Positions 22,918 through 33,439 of a DNA stretch of 64,000 nt are shown one piece after another. Within the stretch, counting starts at the first letter, position 1. The number at the start of each line of letters is the position of its first letter. Origin of the DNA: Rhynchopus sp. YZ270_cl-10 (lineage: Eukaryota); assembly GCA_964035575.1 (NCBI GenBank), contig OZ037844.1, positions 682,001 through 746,000 on the forward strand. Reading direction: 5' to 3'. The translations under genes were made by a program, and so were the position numbers. Below the pieces are notes generated by a model. The model searched no databases. It was not told the DNA's origin and saw nothing but the letters and a program-made list of their open reading frames with translations.

Positions 22918-24396
22918 TTAACACATAAAATCTACAGACGTCTCGCAGTTGATGCCTCTTCTGTTCCCAAAGTCGTGGCAGAGCGGCGCATCGAGGCTGA
23001 TGACTGGCTTCATGCATTGCTTTGCGTTGTGCGTCGCAGCTAAGAGGTACGCGTTTTTGAATACATTGGAAGTAAACTTCCCTACAAAACCTTGCGTATA
23101 AGACATTGCAACAAGCTCTGCCAAGAAGCGTTGCCCCAACCCTGCAGAATCGAAGTCATGCGCACGCTCTATCACAACCTTTGTCCCATTCACGTCATAA
23201 AACGACTCTGTCGCGAATGGTGACGACACAACCTTCACTGTCTCCGGTACGCCCAACCCATGCAGCAGATCCGACGCACCTTCCCGTATCTCATTGTCGT
23301 CCGTCACCACAAAGACAGACCGAAAGGAATATCGCGCCAGCATTTCGTTTACCCCCGGCATATAGTCGGCGAGGGCGCTGCACTCCCTCCCTTTTACGTT
23401 TGCGTCGTAACCATCGCTGGAAGGACAGCTATCACCGTGACGGACGTGAAGAGTCAGGGTGGGGCGCAAATCCTCGAGGTTCGTGTATTCTAGGAGTTGT
23501 GTGAGAAATGTGCGCACCTCGGGGACTAAAGGGAAGACTGTAAAGCGGAGAAGCTCTGCATTAAGCCAGAACGGTGCGGGCAGTGCGGTCGTGAAGGAAG
23601 GGGGGCGACGCTTTGCGAGGGTGTGGTAGATGCGCTCGGTTCCGTACGGCGTGAGACGCGGCTTGCAGGACCGCCGCTTCCCCGACGGCTTGCAGAAGCG
23701 CTGCATTCTGTGAAAGGCTGTCGACGCTGTGTTCCTCCATATGCACTTACCATGCCCACAAGGAAACACATCCGAAAAGTACGACCGCCCCGTCGCGCCT
23801 CGAAACGACCACACACTGTCCAACGCCTTAAAAGCAAAGGGCTGGTCATGTGCAAGCGCGATCGCCAGCGTTTTGACCATTCCAGTCAACATCGCGCCGA
23901 ACCCAAATTCATGAACAAACCCGCAGCTACTAAGGTTCCGCTCGTTTTGTATTCCGTGCTCAGAGAGCTCCGCACAGCCGCGTCGTAAGAGCTCTGCCGC
24001 CTCCTCCCCCACCCCTGCTATGGATTGCACCTCGCCCTCCCTCCGAAGCCCTTCTGCAGACGGCACAACGTATCGTAAAGACTCGAACGCTAGCGCCGTG
24101 AAGTTCTCTGTCGCCACACAGAACCCATCCACCCCTAGCACGGCAGGCCCTTCCGGCACACTCCCGTTCACAGCGAACACACAGTGCTGCAGCAGCGGAT
24201 GGGCGGTAGGACGCGGCACAACTGCCTCGTTCTCTGCACTGCCATTGCGCGGTGCAGGGCCCGGTGTAATATTCTGTGCGTCGTGACCGATGTGTGGATG
24301 TGGATGTGGATGTGGATGTGGGTGTACCCCAAACCAGAACACCCCACCGCAAGCGAACAGCACCACCAACACACTGATGTGCAACACCCCTCGCAT
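22918..24396 (-). CDS. Alpha-1,6-fucosyltransferase-like glycosyltransferase (GT23, FUT8/NodZ-like), type II membrane protein
   Basis: Motifs LHVRHGDSC, VFVVTDD and ELVAMSYTQGFVGKFTSNV; N-terminal TM after MRGVLH. An upstream in-frame ATG at 24480 is possible. Confidence 0.85.
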   Translation of the reverse strand: MRGVLHISVLVVLFACGGVFWFGVHPHPHPHPHPHIGHDAQNITPGPAPRNGSAENEAVVPRPTAHPLLQHCVFAVNGSVPEGPAVLGVDGFCVATENFTALAFESLRYVVPSAEGLRREGEVQSIAGVGEEAAELLRRGCAELSEHGIQNERNLSSCGFVHEFGFGAMLTGMVKTLAIALAHDQPFAFKALDSVWSFRGATGRSYFSDVFPCGHGKCIWRNTASTAFHRMQRFCKPSGKRRSCKPRLTPYGTERIYHTLAKRRPPSFTTALPAPFWLNAELLRFTVFPLVPEVRTFLTQLLEYTNLEDLRPTLTLHVRHGDSCPSSDGYDANVKGRECSALADYMPGVNEMLARYSFRSVFVVTDDNEIREGASDLLHGLGVPETVKVVSSPFATESFYDVNGTKVVIERAHDFDSAGLGQRFLAELVAMSYTQGFVGKFTSNVFKNAYLLAATHNAKQCMKPVISLDAPLCHDFGNRRGINCETSVDFMC

Positions 24397-25314
24397 AAGG
24401 GGTAGGGGGGAGGGAGGGGGGGTGTAAGTGTCCCTCCTGAGGGTGGTGGTGGTGGTGGTGGTGGGGAATTTTTTTGCCATTTTTTGGTGTGGTGTAGGAA
24501 CTCATAACATCAAAGACCCAAATAGTAACGTACATTCTCTCTGTTGATTCTAAAAACGGGGGAGGGTAAAAAAAAAGCGCGGCAAATTGGGGAAGAGGTT
24601 GAAAAGTTGGAACGCTTCCTCACCCCCAAAAAAATATAAAAACTCCTCTCGAAATTGTTCTAGATTGAACAGAGAGAAAGAAACCCCAAACCCACCCAGA
24701 CCAAACGGTCTAACCTGTTGTATTGATATAGTGTGGGGGAGAAGTGAGCACAAGAATCGTCTTCGCGTATACTAAAATATTTCCTACGATATGTCACAAG
24801 TGTCATGTCACCGAAGACGTAAAGGTTGAGGGCCAAAAAACCAAAAAAAAAGGTTACGTTGAAACTGCACACCCTATTGGCAGCTTTGCTTTGACGCTGA
24901 AGAAACGCAAACAAGTCATGTCTTTGTGAATTCCTTCTGGGAAGGTTTAGAATAGAATAATACCATTGTGGAGCACCGTCGGGTGCCACAATCAAGTTTT
25001 CAAACAACCCCATGAACCCCATCAGCATTGAGCTCCCAACCAATTGTATCCCTTTTCTCTCAGAAAGCGGGAGCAGCTGTTCACCGTTGCAAGTGCCCCA
25101 GTCAAAAATGCGTTCAAGGCGGGTCCAACCCTCGGGTCAGCTGGCATAATCGCTGTCGATATAAGTGCACAGATACGTCATCATGGCTACACATGACCAC
25201 ACGGCACCCTCGTGTGTGCACGTATGGTAGGTGCGCATGAACACATCGATTGGCCTACCCGAGCCCGCTTGGTCTGAGACTATTTAGTTGCCGAACCGCC
25301 ACGGACAATATACA

Positions 25315-27009
25315 TCATTGCACAACCACCGCGCTTGAGGACACTGGAATCATCCCACCGTGCTCGAGGAGAACCTGCTCCACACCTGCATGTCCATTCA
25401 GCCTCACATAGTGCAACGAAGTGCTGTCCTCATTATTTCTGTGATTCACGTCCACCTCCTTCAAGCCCACAAGATAACGCACAGTCTCGGTGTGTCCATT
25501 ACACGCCGCAAGAGCAAGACACCTGTCTCCATCGTTGTCCGTGGCACACACGTCCGCACCTGCTTCGAGCAACATCTTCACAATTTCGCGTTCCCCAACC
25601 TCACAAGCACAGTGCAGAGGTGTACGTCCCACCCCATCATACTTTGCCTCAACGTCTGCCCCTGCATTAACGAGCACCTCCACCACATCTGGGTGCGTCT
25701 GTATCACTCCGAGGTGCAGCGAAGTGAAGCCGCTGTTACATGACTGATTCACATCCACCTCAGGCAAGCACAAAAGATGGCGCACAGTCTCGGTGTGTCC
25801 AAAATATGCCGCAAGGGTAAGACACGTCTCTCGTTCGTTGTCTGTGCCACTCACATCCGCACCTGCTTTGACCAACATCCGCACAGTCGCGAGAGACCCA
25901 TCCTTGCTGGCCAAGAGCAGAGGCGAACATCCGTTGTCGTCCTTTACCTCGATGTCTGCACCTGCATCAATCAGCACCTTCACCACATCGGGGAAGTCTT
26001 CTTGACATGCCCAGTGCAACGCAGTGAAGTCATCACCTCTCTGATTCACATCCACCTCTGGCAAGCCCACAAGATAGCGCACAGTCTCGGTCTGTCCATG
26101 AGAAGCCGCAAGGGTAAGACACGTGTATCCTACGTTGTCCTGCGTGTGGTATGTAACATTCACGTCCGCACCTGCTTGGAGCAACATCTTCACAATGTCT
26201 AGTGCTCCAGCCTTGCTGGCCATGAACAGAGGCGAACATCCGTCCTCGTCCTTTTCCTCGATGTCTGCCCCTGCATCAATGAGCACCTTAGCCACATCGG
26301 GATGATTTTGATCCGCTGCAAGGAGCAGAGCAGTGCAGTCCTCAGCATCCTTGTGATTCACGTCCACCTCCGGCAAGCCAACAAGATAGCGCACAGTCTC
26401 GGTGTGTCCAAAATATGCCGCAAGGGTAAGACACGTGTCTCGTTCGTTGTCTGTGCCACTCACGTCCGCACCTGTTTTGACCAACATCTTCACAATGGCG
26501 AGTGCTCCTGAACGACAAGCCAAGTGCAGAGGAGAACGTCCCATGTCGTCGTTTGTCTCGATGTCTGCCCCTGCATCAATGAGCACCTGACACACTGCAG
26601 GGTCCTCCCACATGGCTGGACAGGGTCGGTCTTCTTCTTCCTCCTTCCCGTGTGGGACAAACGCAACGTTGCTGCAGACTGACTTCCAATGCTGCAAGAG
26701 GACCTCCGTGCACGCAGTGTGGTCTGCGTGGATGCACTCACTCAGCAGCATCCCGAAGCCCATCTGCGTTGTCTCAACATACGGAAGAAGCAGTGCGAGG
26801 CATTCGTCGTGGTTCTCTCTGCATGCCTCATGCACAGCATCGAAGGCAACCGTTTTGCTGTCTGTGTCTGGGCTGAGCTTCTCAAGTCCCACCCGCACGG
26901 CAGTCGTGTCGCCGTTCCTGGCAGCCTCCACCAAGACCGAGTCTGCAGAAAGTGTTGTGTTGTTTGGTGCCTTCTCGTCAGGTGTGCTGTCTGCGTGTCG
27001 CTTCGACAT
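25315..27009 (-). CDS. Ankyrin-repeat protein, copy 3 (564 aa)
   Basis: Intact ORF; paralogous N-terminus; ankyrin modules. Confidence 0.95.
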   Translation of the reverse strand: MSKRHADSTPDEKAPNNTTLSADSVLVEAARNGDTTAVRVGLEKLSPDTDSKTVAFDAVHEACRENHDECLALLLPYVETTQMGFGMLLSECIHADHTACTEVLLQHWKSVCSNVAFVPHGKEEEEDRPCPAMWEDPAVCQVLIDAGADIETNDDMGRSPLHLACRSGALAIVKMLVKTGADVSGTDNERDTCLTLAAYFGHTETVRYLVGLPEVDVNHKDAEDCTALLLAADQNHPDVAKVLIDAGADIEEKDEDGCSPLFMASKAGALDIVKMLLQAGADVNVTYHTQDNVGYTCLTLAASHGQTETVRYLVGLPEVDVNQRGDDFTALHWACQEDFPDVVKVLIDAGADIEVKDDNGCSPLLLASKDGSLATVRMLVKAGADVSGTDNERETCLTLAAYFGHTETVRHLLCLPEVDVNQSCNSGFTSLHLGVIQTHPDVVEVLVNAGADVEAKYDGVGRTPLHCACEVGEREIVKMLLEAGADVCATDNDGDRCLALAACNGHTETVRYLVGLKEVDVNHRNNEDSTSLHYVRLNGHAGVEQVLLEHGGMIPVSSSAVVVQ

Positions 27010-28043
27010 GGTTTGTGAAGATGTTGATATTCAATGTTGTGTCTTTTATGCTGTTTCTTTTTGTGGAGGTTGTGAGGTGAGTGGTGGGTGTCCCTGAACT
27101 ACCTTGCCACCCCTGACAAGCACACGCCACAGCGGAAACAAACCCACCTGCTATCATCACCTCACGGCGACCCTCAGGGGAAGGCATGAGAGAAGGGAAC
27201 ATGTTTGTACAATGGGGTAAAAAGAAGTTTTGTTTCGCGTTTTCTAGACTACAGAAAAAGAATACCCTTACACCCTGGGCTGCACGTTAAATTGCACCCG
27301 GGGACTTTTGTTGCACTTCGGTCTACCTAAGGGTGAAAGGTGATAGGACGACCTCCCCACACAGTGTAAAAGGCTGTAGTGGGGAACATGGTCTGGCGTT
27401 TCCAGAATGGCAGGACACTCCCAAAAGGAGAGAAACGGTACCGCAGATGTCACGGCTATTCACACAAAGTAGGAAGCGTTACGAATAATGAACCGATGCA
27501 ATTAAATGTCCCACTGGTGTGTTCTGGTGTACTACTCTGCAACTAAAGTCACAAACCGGGAAAAACCGGAGAAAAATTTAAAATTCGCAGCAGTTTTGAT
27601 ATTTTTTGCCTTTTTTTCTTGTTGTGATTTATTGCCATTCGCATTTCGGGTTTTGCGAATTTTATTCCAGAAAAGTACCCGTTTTTTGTTTTTTTTGCGC
27701 AAATACAGTCAACTTGCTTTGACGCTGAAGAAACGCAAACAAGTCATGTCTTTGTGAATTCCTTCTGGGAAGGTTTAGAATAGAATAATACCATTGTGGA
27801 GCACCGTCGGGTGCCACAATCAAGTTTTCAAACAACCCCATAAACCCCATCAGCATTGAGCTCCCAACCAATTGTATCCCTTTTCTCTCAGAAAGCGGGA
27901 GCAGCTTTTCACCGTTGCAAGTACCCCAGTCAAAAATGCGTTCAAGGCGGTTCCAACCCTCGGGTCAGCTGGCATAATCGCTGTCGATACTAATAATACC
28001 GAGGCATTATTTAGTTGCCGACAACCGCCAGGGACAATATGCA

Positions 28044-29507
28044 TCATTGCACAAAGACTTCCCCACCGTGCTCGAGGAGAACCTGCTCCACACCTGCATG
28101 TCCATTCAGCCTTGCATGCTTCAACGCAGTGACGCTCCAATTATTTCCGTGATTCACGTCCACCTCCTTCAAGTCCACAAGATAGCGCACAGTCTCGATG
28201 TGTCCATGATGTGCTGCAAGAGCAAGACACCTGTCTCCATCGTCGTCCGTGGCACACAAGTCCGCACCTGCTTCGAGCAACATCCTCACAATTTCGCGTT
28301 CCCCAACCTCACAAGCACAGCGAAGAGTCGTATAGCTCATCCCTTCACGATTTGCCTCAATGTCTGCCCCTGCATCAATCAGCATACCCACCACATCTGA
28401 GTGCTTCTGTGACACTGCCAGGTGCAGTGAAGTGGAGCCCCTGTTAGTTGACTGATTCGCATCCACCTCAGGCAAGCACAAAAGATAGCGCACAGTCTCG
28501 GTGTGTCCATTACATACCGCAAGGGCAAGACACGTAGCTCCTTTGTTGTCTGCGGCACACACGTCCGCACCTGCTTTGAGCAACATCTTCACAGTGTCGA
28601 GACACCCTTGCTTGCTGGCCAGGAGCAGAGGCGAACATCCGTTCTCGTCCTCTGCATCCATGTCTGCACCTGCATCAATGAGCACCTTCACCATGTTGGG
28701 ATAATCTTCTTGACCTGCCCAGTGCAACGCAGTGAAGTCATCACCTACTTGATTCACGTCCACCTCCGGCAAATTCACGAGATAGCGCACAGTCTCGGTG
28801 TGTCCATGAGAAGCCGCAAGGAGCAGAGCAGTGTTGCCGTCAGTATCCTTGTGATTCACGTCCACCTCCGGAAAACTCACAATATAGCGCACAGTCTCGG
28901 TGTGTCCAAAATATGCCGCAAAGATAAGACATGTGTCTCCATCAGTGTCTGTGACACGCACTCCCGCACCTGCTTTGACCAACATCTTCACAGTTGCGAG
29001 TGCTCCTGAACGACAAGCCCAGTGCAGAGGAGAACGTCCCAAGTCGTCCTTTGCCTCGATGTCTGCCCCTGCATCAATGAACACCTGACACACTGCAGGG
29101 TCCTCCCACATGGCTGGACAGGGTCGGTCTTTCTTGTCCTCCTGCCCGTGTGGGACAAACGCAACGTTGCTGCAGACTGACTTCCAATGCTGCAAGAGGA
29201 CCTCCGTGCACGCAGTGTGGTCTGCGTGGACGCACTCACTCAGCAGCATCCCGAATCCCACCTGCGTTGTCTCAACATACGGAAGAAGCAGTGCGAGGCA
29301 TTCATCGTGGTTCCCTCTGCATGCCTCGTGCACAGCATCGAAGGAAACCGTTTTGCTGTCTGTGTCTGGGATGAGCTTTTCAAGTCCCGCCCGCACAGCA
29401 GTCGTGTCGCCGTTCCTGGCAGCCTCCACCAAGACCTCGTCTGCAGAAAGCTTTCTTCTCTTTGGTGCCTTCTCGTCAGGTGTACTGTCTGCGTGTCGCT
29501 TCGACAT
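28044..29507 (-). CDS. Ankyrin-repeat protein, copy 4 (487 aa; PKRRK variant)
   Basis: Intact ORF; ankyrin modules with one hybrid junction. Confidence 0.95.
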   Translation of the reverse strand: MSKRHADSTPDEKAPKRRKLSADEVLVEAARNGDTTAVRAGLEKLIPDTDSKTVSFDAVHEACRGNHDECLALLLPYVETTQVGFGMLLSECVHADHTACTEVLLQHWKSVCSNVAFVPHGQEDKKDRPCPAMWEDPAVCQVFIDAGADIEAKDDLGRSPLHWACRSGALATVKMLVKAGAGVRVTDTDGDTCLIFAAYFGHTETVRYIVSFPEVDVNHKDTDGNTALLLAASHGHTETVRYLVNLPEVDVNQVGDDFTALHWAGQEDYPNMVKVLIDAGADMDAEDENGCSPLLLASKQGCLDTVKMLLKAGADVCAADNKGATCLALAVCNGHTETVRYLLCLPEVDANQSTNRGSTSLHLAVSQKHSDVVGMLIDAGADIEANREGMSYTTLRCACEVGEREIVRMLLEAGADLCATDDDGDRCLALAAHHGHIETVRYLVDLKEVDVNHGNNWSVTALKHARLNGHAGVEQVLLEHGGEVFVQ

Positions 29508-30494
29508 GGTTTGTGAAGATGTTGATATTCAATGTTGTGTCTTTTATGCTGTTTCTTTTTGTGGAGGTTGTGAGGTGAGTGGTGGGTGTCCCTGAACTTC
29601 TTACCACCCCTGACAAGCACACGCCACAGCGGAAACAAACCCACCTGCTATCATCACCTCACGGCGACCCTCAGGGGAAGGCATGAGAGAAGGGAACATG
29701 TTTGTACAATGGGGTAAAAAGAAGTTTTGTTTCGCGTTTTATAAACTACAGAAAAAGAATACCCTTACACCCTGGGCTGCACGTTAAATTGCACCCGGGG
29801 GACTTTTGTTGCACTTCGGTCTACCTGAGGGTGAAAGGTGATAGGACGACCTCCCCACACAGTGTAAAAAGGCTGTAGTGGGAAACATGGTCTGGCGTTT
29901 CCAGAATGGCAGGACACTCCCAAAAGGAGAGAAACGGTACCGCAGATGTCACGGCTATTCACACAAAGTAGGAAGCGTTACGAATAATGAACCGATGCAA
30001 TTAAATGTCCCACTGGTGTGCTCTGGTGTACTACTCTGCAACAAAATTCACAAACCGGGAAAAACCGGAGAAAAATTTAAAATTCGCAGCAGTTTTGATA
30101 TTTTTTGCCTTTTTTTCTTGTTGTGATTTATTGCCATTCGCATTTCGGGTTTTGCGAATTTTATTCCAGAAAAGTACCCGTTTTTTTGTTTTTTGCGTAA
30201 ATACAGTCAACTTGCTTTGACGCTGAAGAAACGCAAACAAGTCATGTCTTTGTGAATTCCTTCTGGGAAGGTTTTAGAATAGAATAATACCATTGTGGAG
30301 CACCGTCGGGTGCCACAATCAAGTTTTCAAACAACCCCATGAACCCCATCAGCATTGAGCTCCCAACCAATTGTATCCCTTTTCTCTCAGAAAGCGGGAG
30401 CAGCTTTTCACCGTTGCAAGTACCCCAGTCAAAAATGCGTTCAAGGCGGGTCTGAGACTATTTAGTTGCCGATAACCGCCAGGGACAATATGCA

Positions 30495-32156
30495 TCATTG
30501 CACAAAGACTTCCCCACCGTGCTCGAGGAGAACCTGCTCCACACCTGCATGTCCATTCAACCCCGCATGCGCCAACGCAGTGTTGTCCTCATTAATTCCG
30601 TGATTCACGTCCACCTCCCGCAAGCCCACAAGATAGCGCACAGTCTCGATGTGTCCATGATGTGCTGCAAGAGCAAGACACCTGTCTCCATCGTCGTCCG
30701 TGACACACAAGTCCGCACCTGCTTTGAGCAACATCCTCACAATTTCGCGTTCCCCAACCTCACAAGCACAGTGAAGAGGCGTACGTCCCACCACATCACT
30801 CTTTGCCTCAACGTCTGCCCCTGCATCAATCAGCATACCCACCACATCTGAGTGCTTCCGGAACACTGCGACGTGCAGTGCACTGGCGCCGCTATTATTT
30901 GACCGATTCACATCCACCTCAGGCAAGCACAAAAGATAGCACACAGTCTCGGTGTGTCCATTCCATACCGCAAGGGCAAGACACGTAGCTCCTTTGTTGT
31001 CTGCGGCACACACGTCCGCACCTGCTTTGAGCAACATCTTCACAGTGTCGAGACACCCTTCCTTGCTGGCTCTGAGCAGAGGCGAACATCCGTTCTCGTC
31101 CTCTGCATCCATGTCTGCACCTGCATCAATGAGCACCGTCGCCATGTTGTGATAATCTTCTTGACCTGCCCAGTGCAACGCAGTGAAGTCATCACCTACT
31201 TGATTCACGTCCACCTCAGGCAAACTCACAAGATAGCGCACAGTCTCGGTGTGTCCATGAGAAGCCGCAAAGGTTAGACATGTCTCTCCTGTGTGATGTG
31301 TACCACACACATCCGCACCTGCTTTGACCAACATCTTCACAGTGCCCAGCGCCCCATCCTTGCTGGCCATGAACAGAGGCGAACACCCCTCCTTGTTTTT
31401 TGTCTCAATGTCTGCACCTGCATCAATTAGCACCTTCAGCACATCGGGATGATTTTGATCCGCTGCAAGGCGCAGAGCAGTGTGGCCGTCAGTATCCTTG
31501 TGATTCACGTCCAGCTCCGGAAAACTCACAAGATAGCGCACAGTCTCGGTGTGTCCAAAATATGCCGCAAGGGTAAGACACGTGTCTCGTTCGTTGTCTG
31601 TGGCACTCACGTCCGCACCTGCTTTGACCAACATCTTCACAATGACGAGTGCTCCTGAACAACAAGCCATGTGCAGAGGAGAACGTCCCCTGTCGTCCTT
31701 TGTCTCGATGTCTGCCCCTGCATCAATGAGCACCTGACACACTGCAGGGTCCTCCCACATGGCTGGACAGGGTCGGTCTTCTTCTTCCTCCTTCCCGTGT
31801 GGGACAAACGCGACGTTGCTGCAGAGTGACTTCCAATGCTGCAAGAGGACCTCCGTGCACGCAGTGTGGTCTGCGTGGATGCACTCACTCAGCAGCATCC
31901 CGAAGCCCATCTGCGTTGTCTCAACATACGGAAGAAGCAGTGCGAGGCATTCATCGTGGTTCCCTCTGCATGCCTCGTGCACAGCATCGAAGGAAACCGT
32001 TTTGCTGTCTGTGTCTGGGCTGAGCTTCTCAAGTCCCGCCCGCACGGCAGTCGTGTCGCCGTTCCTGGCAGCCTCCACCAAGACCTCGTCTGCAGAAAGC
32101 TTTCTTCTCTTTGGTGCCTTCTCGTCAGGTGTGCTGTCTGCGTGTCGCTTCGACAT
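30495..32156 (-). CDS. Ankyrin-repeat protein, copy 5 (553 aa; PKRRK variant)
   Basis: Intact ORF; ankyrin modules. Confidence 0.95.
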   Translation of the reverse strand: MSKRHADSTPDEKAPKRRKLSADEVLVEAARNGDTTAVRAGLEKLSPDTDSKTVSFDAVHEACRGNHDECLALLLPYVETTQMGFGMLLSECIHADHTACTEVLLQHWKSLCSNVAFVPHGKEEEEDRPCPAMWEDPAVCQVLIDAGADIETKDDRGRSPLHMACCSGALVIVKMLVKAGADVSATDNERDTCLTLAAYFGHTETVRYLVSFPELDVNHKDTDGHTALRLAADQNHPDVLKVLIDAGADIETKNKEGCSPLFMASKDGALGTVKMLVKAGADVCGTHHTGETCLTFAASHGHTETVRYLVSLPEVDVNQVGDDFTALHWAGQEDYHNMATVLIDAGADMDAEDENGCSPLLRASKEGCLDTVKMLLKAGADVCAADNKGATCLALAVWNGHTETVCYLLCLPEVDVNRSNNSGASALHVAVFRKHSDVVGMLIDAGADVEAKSDVVGRTPLHCACEVGEREIVRMLLKAGADLCVTDDDGDRCLALAAHHGHIETVRYLVGLREVDVNHGINEDNTALAHAGLNGHAGVEQVLLEHGGEVFVQ

Positions 32157-33439
32157 GGTTTGTGAAGATGTTGATATTCAATGTTGTGTCTTTTATGCTG
32201 TTTCTTTTTGTGGAGGTTGTGAGGTGAGTGGTGGGTGTCCCTGAACTGTCTTGCCACCCCTGACAAGCACACGCCACAGTGGAAACAAACCCACCTGCTA
32301 TCATCACCTCACGGCGACACAGGGGGAACACATGAGAGAAGGGAACATGTTTGTACACAAGAGCTGGGGGAAAGAATTCAACTTTAATCAGGGGCAGGAG
32401 TGCGCTCTCGTGAGGCGTTCTCCCTGTCTGTATCGTCTTCGTTGGTAAATCGCTACTTCTTTCTTCTTCTTTTTTGATAAATTGTTGGAGTAGTGTAGTT
32501 GCCTCTGTTGTGTTGCCACAGTTGTGAAATCCCCACTGTTTTTAGATTCTACCTTGGGATCTGTGTCAGGGCATTATGCGTTTGCCGTTTTGTTTTATTT
32601 TTGCTTTGTTTTGACGAGACACAAAAGGCGCAGAGCACCTCTTGTTGACTTCCAACTCCAAGATTCTGTTGCCACAAGACTTTTTTGCTGCGAAATGTTT
32701 GAACACAATTTTCAGTGCATTCAAGAGGAGGAACAAGCTAAAATGAACCGTGCAACGCACCTCTTCATAGTACATTGTCCACCTCAGAGTAACCGCAATT
32801 GATTGCAGTTTTTTTGCGAATCGAATTTCGGGTTTTGCGAATTTTGTTCCAGAAAAGTACCCCTGATCACCCCATTTCAGCGCATTTTTTGGGGAAAAAA
32901 TACAAATCAGTGAAGACCCACCACCCAACCCTCCCGACTCAGTGGGGGGCCCTTTCTCTTTTTCATGTTGCTTTTTTCCCGTGTTGGTCAGAAATACAGT
33001 CAAATTGCTTTGACGCTGAAGAAACGCAAACAAGTCATGTCTTTGTGAATTCCTTCTGGGAAGGTTTAGAATAGAATAATACCATTGTGGAGCACCGTCG
33101 GGTGCCACAATCAAGTTTTCAAACAACCCCATGAACCCCATCAGCATTGAGCTCCCAACCAATTGTATCCCTTTTCTCTCAGAAAGCGGGAGCAGCTTTT
33201 CACGTTGCAAGTGCCCCAGTCAAAAATGCGTTCAAGGCGGGTCCAACCCCTCGGGTCAGCTGGCATAATCGCTGTCAATACCAAGTGCACAGATACGTCA
33301 CATCATGGCTACACATGACCACACGGCACCCTCGTGTGTGCACGTGTGGTAGGTGCGTGCTGCCACATTGAGGTTGGCCTACCCGAGCCCGCTTGGTCTG
33401 AGACTATTTTAGTTGCCGAACCGCCAGGGACAATATGCA

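Noticed and set aside
32275..32300. CACAGTG heptamer upstream of several ankyrin genes, suggesting RSS-like recombination signals
   Set aside because: No nonamer at 12 or 23 bp spacing, and copies 3 and 4 read CACAGCG.
32566..33210. Recurrent spacer ORFs (LVGSSMLMGFMG..., 214 aa)
   Set aside because: Starts and frames differ between copies; low complexity; explained by duplicated non-coding blocks.
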